From an uncultured Alphaproteobacteria bacterium (lineage in GTDB: Bacteria > Pseudomonadota > Alphaproteobacteria > UBA6615): a stretch of DNA of 64,000 nt. Position numbers and translations under genes: made by a program. Positions 18,635 through 27,742 of the stretch are shown here, piece by piece. The stretch covers positions 1,335 to 65,334 of the forward strand of contig CALSML010000025.1 in the NCBI GenBank assembly GCA_943787445.1, in the 5' to 3' direction. Positions within the stretch are counted from its first letter, which is position 1, and each line of letters opens with the position of its first letter. The notes beneath the pieces were generated by a model. The model was not told where the DNA came from. It worked only from the letters and a program-made list of their open reading frames with translations, and made no database searches.

Positions 18635-19174
18635 ATGAGCGATATCGAGATAATGTCCCGCGACGAGATGATGAAGCGGGTGGCGTATTGGAAAGACCAG
18701 AAACCCAACCCGAACATGTTCGTGGATACGCGCATTCCCGAATACGAACGCGAACTGTATTCGATCATCGGCTCGGGAGTGTCGGAAGATGCAGACAATC
18801 CGGTGGCGATCACCGATGTGGAGGGGTTTCACATCGCCTATATCGGCGCCGAGCCGGGCAAGGGGGCGCCCTTTCACTCGCACCCGACCGTGGAGGTGTT
18901 CATCCCGCTCACGGGGACCTGGTCGGTCTACTGGAATGAAGGCGAAGACCGGGAAGAGGTCATCCTGGGACCAATGGACTGCATTTCGGTACCGCCGAAG
19001 GTGATGCGGGGCTTTCGCAACGAAGGAGACGCCCATGCGCTGATGATTGGAATTGTGGGCGGGGACGAAGCCACCAAGGTCGACTGGCCCGAGGACATTC
19101 TCGAACAGGCGCGCGCCACGGGACTGTCCTTGGATGCTGATGGCAATATCGTCGAGATTGCTGCAGCCGAATAG
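18635..19174 (+). CDS. Cupin domain protein
   Basis: PGKGAPFHSHPTVEVF, LGPMDCISVPPKVMRGFRN. Confidence 0.85.
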   Translation: MSDIEIMSRDEMMKRVAYWKDQKPNPNMFVDTRIPEYERELYSIIGSGVSEDADNPVAITDVEGFHIAYIGAEPGKGAPFHSHPTVEVFIPLTGTWSVYWNEGEDREEVILGPMDCISVPPKVMRGFRNEGDAHALMIGIVGGDEATKVDWPEDILEQARATGLSLDADGNIVEIAAAE

Positions 19175-19201
19175 GGCGCCAATTCCTGCGAGTACAAAGA
19201 A

Positions 19202-19225
19202 AAACGGGCGCCGCGGCGCCCGTTT
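19202..19225. terminator. Hairpin/bidirectional terminator between convergent cupin and 2Fe-2S genes
   Basis: AAACGGGCGCCGCGGCGCCCGTTT perfect palindrome. Confidence 0.65.
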
Positions 19226-19252
19226 GTATGTCTGGAGACGGGAAAGCGGTGA

Positions 19253-19729
19253 CTAGCCGCGACGCTCCTCGGCGACCCACTCGATCGCGTCGACGATTGC
19301 CTGATAGCCGGTACAGCGACAGTAATTGCCGGAGATGAATTCCCGGATTTCCTCGCGCGAGGGAGACGCATTCTTCGTCAGGAGTTCCTGAGCGGTCAGC
19401 AGCATGCCGGGTGTGCAGAAGCCGCACTGTACGGCGTTGCGTTCGTGGAAGGCCTTCTGCAGATCGGCAATCTCGCCCGCATCGGACAGGCCTTCGATGG
19501 TTTCAACCTCCGCGCCTTCGGCCTGGGCGGCCAGCATCAGGCAACCGCGGACAATGTCCCCGTTCACCCGAATGGTGCAGGCGCCGCAGACGCCATGCTC
19601 GCAGCCCACATGGCTGCCAGTGAGTTCCATGTCGTAGCGGACAAAATCCACGAGATTGGTGCGGGCGGGGATGCGGCGGCTGACCTGCTGGCCATTAACC
19701 TTCATCGTGATGTCGACGTTTTGATCCAT
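19253..19729 (-). CDS. Molybdenum hydroxylase small 2x[2Fe-2S] subunit (CoxS/CutS-like)
   Basis: [28 protein letters not shown]. Confidence 0.93.
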   Translation of the reverse strand: MDQNVDITMKVNGQQVSRRIPARTNLVDFVRYDMELTGSHVGCEHGVCGACTIRVNGDIVRGCLMLAAQAEGAEVETIEGLSDAGEIADLQKAFHERNAVQCGFCTPGMLLTAQELLTKNASPSREEIREFISGNYCRCTGYQAIVDAIEWVAEERRG

Positions 19730-19744
19730 CTATCTTTCTCTGCG

Positions 19745-20599
19745 CTAGGAGGCGAGTTCCGCGAGCGCGCGCTTGGTCAGCACACGTGCGAGATGCATTT
19801 TCATTTCGGCCGGGCCGTTCAAATCGGGCATTGGATCGAGATCGGCATCCAGAGAATCCTGGGCCTTCTTGATCGTGTCCTCAGAGTTGGCCTGACCATT
19901 CAGAGCGGCGGCGGCGCTTTTCGCCAGAATGGGCTGGTCACCGGCGCCGAAGAAGCCCAGACGCATATCGGCGAAGGTGTCACCTTCGATCCGGCCCTGA
20001 ACGGCAATCCCGACCATGGCGTAGTCACCATGGCGCCGGGCCAATTCCATGAAGGCCGTGCGCTCGCCATCCTGGATGACGGGAATTTCTGCACCGACGA
20101 GCAATTCGTTCTCTTTCAGGTCGGTTTCGAACAGGCCCTGGAAAAAGTCATCCGCTACGACCGTGCGCTGGCCGTCGCGTCCCTGGAGGACGAAGCGGGC
20201 ACCGAGTGTGCGGGTGACGGCGGGCAATTCGGCTGCCGGATCGGCAAAGGCCACCGAGCCGCCAAAGGTGCCGCGATTGCGGATCGCCTGATGGGCCACA
20301 TGGGGCATGGTCTTGGCAATCAGCGGGGCATAGGTCTGCACATCGGTAGATTCGAGAACCTGAGAATGCCGGGCGAGGGCGCCGATCTTCAGGGTTTCAC
20401 CGTCGCAGGAAATTTCCGACAGGCCTTTGAGGTGGTTGATGTCGATCAGGACTTCCGGAGCAGAGAGGCGCATGTTCAATGTCGCCATCAGGCTCTGGCC
20501 GCCGGCGAGGATCCGGGCGTCATCACCATGCTCGTCGAGCAGGTCGAACACCTGATCCAGCGTTTCCGCGCGGACATATGCAAATGGTGCGGGTTTCAC
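19745..20599 (-). CDS. Molybdenum hydroxylase FAD-binding medium subunit (CoxM/CutM-like)
   Basis: MKPAPFAY, LAGGQSL, IRNRGTFGGS..ADPAAE, RRHGDYA. Confidence 0.93.
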   Translation of the reverse strand: MKPAPFAYVRAETLDQVFDLLDEHGDDARILAGGQSLMATLNMRLSAPEVLIDINHLKGLSEISCDGETLKIGALARHSQVLESTDVQTYAPLIAKTMPHVAHQAIRNRGTFGGSVAFADPAAELPAVTRTLGARFVLQGRDGQRTVVADDFFQGLFETDLKENELLVGAEIPVIQDGERTAFMELARRHGDYAMVGIAVQGRIEGDTFADMRLGFFGAGDQPILAKSAAAALNGQANSEDTIKKAQDSLDADLDPMPDLNGPAEMKMHLARVLTKRALAELAS

Positions 20600-20758
20600 T
20601 TCACTTCTCCCTCAAGACCGTCTTTGGACCGGATCCGGATTTCGTGTCGTTCCGGAACAGATGTTGTCTATTTCGATGTTGTCCCCAAGTCTATGCGAAT
20701 GGTGGCGTGATGCCTATGTTCGCGTTGAACCATTTCAACATTTTTTCAGAGATCAGTC

Positions 20759-21223
20759 ATGGCAGATGCAAAAGTTCAGGTGAAGAGCGCCAAATACACG
20801 ATGGTCGGCGAAGCCGTTTCCCATTCACGCACGGATATCAGCGTGCGCGACGTGAAGGTCATCACCGATGAGCCGCTCGAGCGTGGCGGCACAAATGCCG
20901 GTGCATCTCCGACCGAAACCATGATGGCGGCACTTGTGGGCTGCACGAACAACGTGGCCACGCGGATTGCCCATCATCAGAAGCTGAACTTCGAAATCGC
21001 ATCGATTGAGTGTGATGTCGAATTTGACCGCCGCGGGGTCATTCTGGCCGAGCCGATCGATGTGCCGTTTCCCAATATCACCCTGACCATCAATGTGAAG
21101 ACCGATGCAACGCCGGAGCAGCTCGCTGAAGTCGAGAAGATGCTGCCGATCTACTGCCCGGTTTCCAAGGTGTTCCGCCAAGCCGGTAGCAATGTTATCG
21201 AGAAGTGGAATGTGGTCAGCTAG
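20759..21223 (+). CDS. OsmC/Ohr family protein
   Basis: DEP..RGGTNAG.SPTE..AALVGC ... YCPVS. Confidence 0.85.
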   Translation: MADAKVQVKSAKYTMVGEAVSHSRTDISVRDVKVITDEPLERGGTNAGASPTETMMAALVGCTNNVATRIAHHQKLNFEIASIECDVEFDRRGVILAEPIDVPFPNITLTINVKTDATPEQLAEVEKMLPIYCPVSKVFRQAGSNVIEKWNVVS

Positions 21224-21251
21224 CTGACAAAAAATGGAAAAAGGAACGGTC

Positions 21252-21869
21252 ATGGCGCTCACGATCTGGGGACGACACACGTCGTCGAATGTGCAGAAGC
21301 TTCTTTGGGGCTGCGCCGAAATGGGCGTCGCCTATGATCGTCCCGATATGGCGGGTGCGTTCGGATTCACCGATGAATATCTGGCGATGAATCCAAACCG
21401 TCTGGTGCCAACCATTGATGACGACGGGTTCATCCTGTGGGAATCCAATGCCTGTCTGCGTTATCTGGCAAACAAGCATGGTCAGGGAACACTCTGGCCC
21501 GAAGATCCCCATATACGCGCCGATGCGGATCGCTGGATGGATTGGCAGACCGCGACGTTCTGGCCAGCGCTGCGCCCCGTGTTTCATCAGCTGATCCGAA
21601 CACCGGCCGATCAGCAGGACCGTGACCTGATCGATCGCAGCATCAAGCAGGCCGGCGAGATCACAGCGGTTCTTGACCATTTCCTTGAAGGACGCGATTT
21701 CGTGGCGGGTGACCAGTTCACGATGGGAGATATTCCCATCGGTGGCGTGATCTATCGATGGTACGAAATGGATATTGCCCGGCCCGAGCGTCCAAATGTG
21801 CGCAGGTGGTATGACCGTCTGGCCGAACGTGCCGGTTATGCCGAGCACATCATGATCCCGCTGGAATAA
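21252..21869 (+). CDS. Glutathione S-transferase (GstB-like)
   Basis: WGR.TSSNVQK, MNPN.LVP, LWESNA, FTMGDI. Confidence 0.92.
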   Translation: MALTIWGRHTSSNVQKLLWGCAEMGVAYDRPDMAGAFGFTDEYLAMNPNRLVPTIDDDGFILWESNACLRYLANKHGQGTLWPEDPHIRADADRWMDWQTATFWPALRPVFHQLIRTPADQQDRDLIDRSIKQAGEITAVLDHFLEGRDFVAGDQFTMGDIPIGGVIYRWYEMDIARPERPNVRRWYDRLAERAGYAEHIMIPLE

Positions 21870-21870
21870 C

Positions 21871-22377
21871 CTATCGCGGTGCGATGGCGGATTGTCGCTG
21901 ACGGATCGATTCCGGCCATTGCGACTTTATATAGGCCAGCACAGAGCGAACTTGTTCATCTGTCAGTACGCCGTCATAGATCGGCATGTCCGTTTCGACG
22001 GGCTGTCCCACCAACGCAGACAATCCAAACTTTGTGAGATTGAACAGGGTGGCGTCGTCATGATGCCAGGTATGACCCGATTCATCATGAGGTGGTGCCG
22101 GTAATCGTCCATTCGCCTTGCGTTGCCGCCAGTTCGGCTGCCCTTCCAGCTTGGCCCCGTGGCAGGCGGCACATTGGGAAACGTAGATGCTTTCCCCCAG
22201 TACAAGCTGTTTGTCAGACACTGGTACTGCTTCGGGCGACAGGCTGGCCTGTGTTGGCTCTTTGGTCGCACCCCAATCGCGTGCGACGAGGCCGATTGCG
22301 ACCAGAGCCATGACCAAAACAGCTGCGGCAAAGAGTGCCAAGATGTGTCGGGGAATTCGTCTTGTTCTGTCCGCCAT
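21871..22377 (-). CDS. Membrane-anchored monoheme cytochrome c
   Basis: N-terminal TM helix, CAACH, PAPPHDESGHTWHH, distal Met in DMP. Confidence 0.9.
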   Translation of the reverse strand: MADRTRRIPRHILALFAAAVLVMALVAIGLVARDWGATKEPTQASLSPEAVPVSDKQLVLGESIYVSQCAACHGAKLEGQPNWRQRKANGRLPAPPHDESGHTWHHDDATLFNLTKFGLSALVGQPVETDMPIYDGVLTDEQVRSVLAYIKSQWPESIRQRQSAIAPR

Positions 22378-22427
22378 GAAACCTGTGTACAGGTTCCACC
22401 AACTGGAAGGTCAAGCCGTGGAAGAAA

Positions 22428-23573
22428 CTAGTTCCAGAGAATCTCCGACGCCATCGCGGCACCTTCGGTCATCGCCTTGAACTTCATCCAGACGATGTTG
22501 CGATCGACCTGAACACGTCCGGCAAAGGTGCCGAAGCCGCAATCACCACCGACCAGAACATTCTCGCGGCCTACCACGCTGGCGTAGTTCTGAATCCGGT
22601 CACTGACCAGTTCGGGATGCTCAACGAAGTTTGAGGTGGTGTCGATGACACCAGGGATGATGACTTTTCCATCCGGCAGTTTCACATCGCGCCAGACCTT
22701 CCATTCGTGCTCGTGGCGCGGATTGGCACCCGGGAAGGACACGGCACCCGGCCTGGCCGACATGATGATGTCGACGATATCGACCAGCGGCACATCCTCG
22801 TGATGCGGCCCCAGAGTGCTGGCCCAGCACACATGCATGCGCATTTTCTCGGCAGGAATATCGCGGACAGCATGGTTGAGTGCTTCCACATGCATTGTGA
22901 TTTCCTTGCGGAAGTCCTCCAGCGAAAGATGTTTGAAAATCGTGTGCCGGCTCAGGGCCAGATCCGGGCAATCCAGCTGCAGCACCAGCCCGGCGTCCAC
23001 AATAGCTTCGTATTCATGCTTCATGACATCGGCGAGCGCGAAGATATATTCCTCTTCACTACTGTAATGCAGATTCGGCAGGAAGCGCGCGATCTGTCCG
23101 GGAGAGGGGGACGTCATGAACACGTCCTCGGCCTTGCCAAGCCCGATCACGCTGGCTGCGCGGTCAATATCCGCCTGCGCCGCATCCCAATCCAGCCATT
23201 CGACCGGGCCTGTGCAGGCCGGGCGATGGGTGAGCGGCGTCACAAACGGTCGAAGCATCTCGGTAAGTTCGGGGAATTCGTCTTCATCCGCGGTCATGGG
23301 AATTGTCTGGTTCGGTCCGTCATACCCGGTGAGGCGGTCTTTCACATGGATCGTGTAATCCGCGCGGCCCTGTTCGCCATCATTGATAACATTCAGGCCG
23401 GCATCGATCTGCTTCTTCACCACATCTGCAACAGCGCGGCTGACCGCTTCATCAAAGCCGTCGAGTTTCTTGCCGGGGTTTTTTTCGCTCTCCATGAGAA
23501 AATCCACGACGTCATGTGGTCGTGGCAGGCTGCCGGTATGTGTGGTGAGAATTCGATCTGTACTGCGCTGCAT
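22428..23573 (-). CDS. Cobalamin-independent methionine synthase II-like protein (MetE C-terminal-only family)
   Basis: TTHTGSLPRP, NDGEQ, LQLDCPD, MHVC, PGVID, DCGFG. Confidence 0.9.
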   Translation of the reverse strand: MQRSTDRILTTHTGSLPRPHDVVDFLMESEKNPGKKLDGFDEAVSRAVADVVKKQIDAGLNVINDGEQGRADYTIHVKDRLTGYDGPNQTIPMTADEDEFPELTEMLRPFVTPLTHRPACTGPVEWLDWDAAQADIDRAASVIGLGKAEDVFMTSPSPGQIARFLPNLHYSSEEEYIFALADVMKHEYEAIVDAGLVLQLDCPDLALSRHTIFKHLSLEDFRKEITMHVEALNHAVRDIPAEKMRMHVCWASTLGPHHEDVPLVDIVDIIMSARPGAVSFPGANPRHEHEWKVWRDVKLPDGKVIIPGVIDTTSNFVEHPELVSDRIQNYASVVGRENVLVGGDCGFGTFAGRVQVDRNIVWMKFKAMTEGAAMASEILWN

Positions 23574-23725
23574 GTAACTTCCCCTGAAATGCGATCCCGT
23601 TGATCAGGAATCGCATGAAAATTAGCACAATAGTCTGGGGACCGCGCGTCAGAAGATGGAAATTTCGTGGAAAAAGGCGAAGGCAGTTGGGCGAGGAATG
23701 TCGCGCCCCGTTTTAACCTGTCGCC

Positions 23726-24445
23726 TTAGAGCGAAATGTTGCTCGTGGGCAAAGACAGGCCGGATTCAACGACAATATCGTTGGTTCTCCCGAGATGGGC
23801 GTGATGCAGGGCAACTGCACGTTCGACATCGCGTGCGATGGCAGCTTCCATCAATTCGTGGTGCTCGTCACTTTCGCTGCGGTTCGGGTAGCTTAGGGAT
23901 GCGGCAAGCTGGCGGTAACGGTTGGCCTGGTCTGCGAGAAGATCGCAATAGGCAAGCATACGAGGCGACCCGCAATTGCCCAGAATCGCGCCGTGAAATG
24001 CGTGGTGCAGTTTTTCCCATTCGGGATTGAACGCGTATGAATCGACCGAGGCTGATCGTGGCGTTTTCGACAGGCGATGATAGGCAAGGACGATGGCGTC
24101 CTCCCAGGCGTCGTCACCATTGGCGATGGATTCGCGGAGGACGATTTCCTCAATCCAGAATCGGGTTCGGATCAGGTCAGCCAGATCCTCCGAACCGATG
24201 CCGGCAACATGGAAGCCTTTCTGATCCTCGAAACATACCAGTTTCTCTGCTGCAAGCCGGTTGAGGGCTTCACGCACCGGGCTGATGCCCACATTGTAGC
24301 GTTCCCGCAAGCTGGTCGAACCCAGCTTGAAACCCGGTGACAGGATCCCCGTGATGATATCTCTGCGTATCTGGTGATAGACCGCTGTCGCGATGGTCGG
24401 ACCACCGGCGCGGCTGTCATTGGAGGTTCGCTGTTTCACTGGCAT
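23726..24445 (-). CDS. GntR/FCD family transcriptional regulator
   Basis: IRRDIITG.L.PG.KL....LRERYNVGISPVREALNRL; FCD domain FH..I...CGS, EH. Confidence 0.9.
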   Translation of the reverse strand: MPVKQRTSNDSRAGGPTIATAVYHQIRRDIITGILSPGFKLGSTSLRERYNVGISPVREALNRLAAEKLVCFEDQKGFHVAGIGSEDLADLIRTRFWIEEIVLRESIANGDDAWEDAIVLAYHRLSKTPRSASVDSYAFNPEWEKLHHAFHGAILGNCGSPRMLAYCDLLADQANRYRQLAASLSYPNRSESDEHHELMEAAIARDVERAVALHHAHLGRTNDIVVESGLSLPTSNISL

Positions 24446-24504
24446 GACTTCGGAATATCCTGAGGTGAAGGCACTGATCACGTTGCGGATGAGATGATAC
24501 AATA

Positions 24505-24564
24505 TTCCAAATTATATCCACAGGTGAATTAATTTGGAAAATCGTTGACACAAAGGTGTGTCAA
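24505..24564. promoter_or_regulatory. Two inverted repeats in divergent GntR/TRAP promoter region, one containing TTGACA
   Basis: TTCCAAATTA-N15-TAATTTGGAA (24505-24539) and TTGACACA-AAGG-TGTGTCAA (24545-24564). Confidence 0.5.
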
Positions 24565-24645
24565 ACGCTTCTATCCGCCTAACCGAACGCGCCGCATGTG
24601 AAGCGCGGCCATATCCATACCGGGTAAGCCCCAAGGGAGAAGAAT

Positions 24646-25743
24646 ATGATCAACACCAAATCCATCGCCAAGAAACTCGGTGCTGTCAGCATCGGTGCGC
24701 TGATGGCGTCTGTGGCCTTTGCTGCACCGTCTTCGGCAGCTGAGAAAATCAAAATCGCAGCGATCGACGGTTACTCGCCGAAGTCACTCTGGGTGGCTGA
24801 ATTCATCAATTATTACATTCCCGAGATCGACAAGCGCTTGGCCAAGACCGGCAACTACGAGATCGAGTGGAATCAGGCCTGGGGTCAGATCGTTAAAGTT
24901 CGCGGTGTGCTCGGTGGACTGCAGAAGGGCCTGGGCGACATTGGCGTCGTGACCACGGTCTTCCATGCTGACAAGGTGCCGTTGCAGCTGATCGCCTATG
25001 CCACGCCGTTCGTGACCAACAATCCGGGCCTCGTAGCCAAGACCGTTGACGGTCTGGCTGACACGCATCCGCAGTTCAAGCAGGCTTTTGACAAGTTCAA
25101 TCAGGTCTATCTGACAAATCTGGCCGTGCTGGACACCTATCAGATTTTCACCAAGGACAAGATTTCGCAGCTTTCCGACATGAAGGGCCTGAAACTTGGT
25201 AGTGCCGGTCTGAACCTGCGCTGGCTCGAAGGTTTCGGTGCCGCTGGTGTTGCGGGCAGTCTCGTGACCTATCACAACAAAGTCGGTACGGGCGTTCTCG
25301 ATGGCTTCATGCTGTGGCCGGAAGCTGTTGTCGGTCGCAAGATCTACGAAGTTGCCCCTTACATGCTGAAGGCGGATCTGGGCACGGCAAACTCCAAGGT
25401 GATTTCGGTCAACAAGGACACCTGGGCGGCTCTGCCGGACGAGATAAGGGTTGCCATGCAGGAAGCTGCAATCGGCTATCGTGACGAGATGGGGCTCAAG
25501 GCCCTTGCGCTTGCGGATGCCAGCTACAAGGCATTCACCAAGAATGGTGGCACGATCACCGAGCTGAGCCAGGCACAGCGTCAGCGGTGGGCCGACAATA
25601 TGCCCAATGTTGCCCAGGACTGGGTTGCAGCACGTGAAAAAGAAGGTAACCCGGGCAAGGTCGTCATGAAGTCCTATATGGACACCATGCGCGCTGCCAA
25701 TCAGCCGATCCTGCGTCAGTGGGACAAGGATGCAGGCTCCTGA
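24646..25743 (+). CDS. TRAP transporter substrate-binding protein (DctP family)
   Basis: Signal peptide, GLQKGLGDIG, VNKDTWAALP; followed by dctQM. Confidence 0.88.
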   Translation: MINTKSIAKKLGAVSIGALMASVAFAAPSSAAEKIKIAAIDGYSPKSLWVAEFINYYIPEIDKRLAKTGNYEIEWNQAWGQIVKVRGVLGGLQKGLGDIGVVTTVFHADKVPLQLIAYATPFVTNNPGLVAKTVDGLADTHPQFKQAFDKFNQVYLTNLAVLDTYQIFTKDKISQLSDMKGLKLGSAGLNLRWLEGFGAAGVAGSLVTYHNKVGTGVLDGFMLWPEAVVGRKIYEVAPYMLKADLGTANSKVISVNKDTWAALPDEIRVAMQEAAIGYRDEMGLKALALADASYKAFTKNGGTITELSQAQRQRWADNMPNVAQDWVAAREKEGNPGKVVMKSYMDTMRAANQPILRQWDKDAGS

Positions 25744-25768
25744 GCCTGAATTAAGGAAAAGGTTCGAC

Positions 25769-26314
25769 ATGACGGATCTGACCCAAGGGGCGTCACCAGC
25801 CGGTGGCGCCCCTCAGGATTTGCTGGATCGTACTCTGACCGTGATGAACACGATCGGGTCGCTCTGGATTTTTGTTCTGATGGTGATGATTGATACGGAT
25901 GCGTTCAGTCGCACGCTGTTCAATCATCCTATTCACGGCGTCAACGAACTCGTGGAGATGTCGATCATTGCGATCGTCTTCATGCAGCTCGGCGATGCGA
26001 CCCGGAAGGGACGTCTAACGCGGTCAGACGGCTTCTATGGCCTCGTTCAGCGTCGTCGCCCGCGTGCCGGTCATGTCATGGGCGCGATCTTTGATTTTCT
26101 GGGCGTGGTGTTCATGGCGATCGTTCTCTATGGGATTGTCCCGGAGCTCTATCTCGCCTGGCGCGACAATTACTTCGTCGGGGAAGAGGGCCTTTTCACA
26201 GTGCCTGAGTGGCCCATCAAATTTATTCTGGTGCTGGGCTGCGCTGTGACAATGCTGCAGTTTTTGAAATTCGCGATCCGGCATGTGGTGCCGGTTGCGC
26301 GCGGCGTGCGCTAG
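25769..26314 (+). CDS. TRAP transporter small permease (DctQ)
   Basis: DAFSR.LFNHPI.GVNELVE, four TM segments. Confidence 0.85.
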   Translation: MTDLTQGASPAGGAPQDLLDRTLTVMNTIGSLWIFVLMVMIDTDAFSRTLFNHPIHGVNELVEMSIIAIVFMQLGDATRKGRLTRSDGFYGLVQRRRPRAGHVMGAIFDFLGVVFMAIVLYGIVPELYLAWRDNYFVGEEGLFTVPEWPIKFILVLGCAVTMLQFLKFAIRHVVPVARGVR

Positions 26315-26335
26315 CGGGCGCCGGAAAGGTTTACC

Positions 26336-27673
26336 ATGATGGGTGGTATTGAAGTCGGCATTGCCTCGGTCGTGGTGATCGTGTTCCTGATCTATATGGG
26401 ATTGTACATTCCCGTGGCGCTGGGGCTGGTGTCCTTTCTGGGCGTGTGGCTCATCCGCGGCAATCCGGACATTGCCGTTGCGCTGTTGTCGGAATCGATT
26501 GCCGATACGGTCTCCGAGCTGGTTTTTGCATCGGTACCACTGTTCGCCCTGATGGGCTTGATCGTCAGCAAGGCGGGGCTTGGCAAGGACGTCTACGAAG
26601 TCGCCAATTTCATCTTCTATCGCATTCGCGGCGGTCTCGGCATTGCGACGGTGGCCGCGAATGCCATCTTTGCGTCGATCACAGGTTCGTCGATTGCCTC
26701 GGCGTCGGTCTTCACCCGTGTCGCCATTCCGGAGATGCGTCGTTTTGGTTACAAGCCGCGCTTCACCGTAGGGGTGGTTGCCGGTTCATCCGTTCTGGGG
26801 ATGCTGATCCCGCCGAGCGCGATGCTGATTATCTATGCGATTGTCACCGAACAATCCGTCGGACGGATGTTCATCGCCGGTATCATCCCAGGCATTCTGC
26901 TGGCGGCCTGCTTTGGCATTCTGATTCTGTTCCTGGCCTATACCTTCCCGAAATATGTCGGTGGGCAGGATTCCGCGGACATCGCGGCGGAGGACTGGGC
27001 CAATCTGACCTGGATGGATCTCGTTTTGAAGATCATTCCGGTCATCGTGCTGGTTCTGGTTGTCCTGGGCGGAATTTATGGTGGCGTCTTCACGCCTACC
27101 GAAGCTGGTGCTGCAGGATCGCTCGCCGCGCTGGTGATCGCCTTGATCAAGAAAAGCTTCAGCTGGCGTGATCTCTGGGAGGTCCTTGTTGAGACCGGTT
27201 ACATCACCGCAACAATTCTGTTCCTGATCACGACGGCCTCAATGTACAGCCGGATGCTTGGTGTGGCTGCCCTGCCGACCGTTTTCGGTGAGTGGCTGAC
27301 GAGCTTTGATCTGAACCTGATCCAGTTGATGGTGATCTATGTGATCTTGATGGTGCTGCTGGGCACGATCATCGAAACCGCGTCGATCATTCTGATTGTT
27401 GTGCCGCTGTTTCTTGTGGTGTTGGACAGTTTCAACGTGGATCTCGTCTGGTTTGGTATCATCACCGTGGTTGGTGCAGAGATCGGCCTGTTGACGCCGC
27501 CGCTGGGGATATCGTGTTTCGTCATCAAGAGCGCGATCAATGATCCGACGGTTTCGCTGGCGGACATCTTCGCCGGAGCGTTCCCGTTTGCAGTGATGAT
27601 GTTCATCGTGCTCATGGTTCTGATCGCCTTTCCGCAACTCAGTCTATATCTGCTGCAAATCGGCTACGTCTAG
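26336..27673 (+). CDS. TRAP transporter large permease (DctM)
   Basis: VPLFALMG, FASITGSS, LGMLIPPS, FTPTEAG, GLLTPPLG. Confidence 0.93.
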   Translation: MMGGIEVGIASVVVIVFLIYMGLYIPVALGLVSFLGVWLIRGNPDIAVALLSESIADTVSELVFASVPLFALMGLIVSKAGLGKDVYEVANFIFYRIRGGLGIATVAANAIFASITGSSIASASVFTRVAIPEMRRFGYKPRFTVGVVAGSSVLGMLIPPSAMLIIYAIVTEQSVGRMFIAGIIPGILLAACFGILILFLAYTFPKYVGGQDSADIAAEDWANLTWMDLVLKIIPVIVLVLVVLGGIYGGVFTPTEAGAAGSLAALVIALIKKSFSWRDLWEVLVETGYITATILFLITTASMYSRMLGVAALPTVFGEWLTSFDLNLIQLMVIYVILMVLLGTIIETASIILIVVPLFLVVLDSFNVDLVWFGIITVVGAEIGLLTPPLGISCFVIKSAINDPTVSLADIFAGAFPFAVMMFIVLMVLIAFPQLSLYLLQIGYV

Positions 27674-27742
27674 TTTATCGGCATCTGGTTTTCCGGTGGG
27701 TGTTTCCGCATAATCGCGGCCAACAAAACTCCGAGGGAAGAG

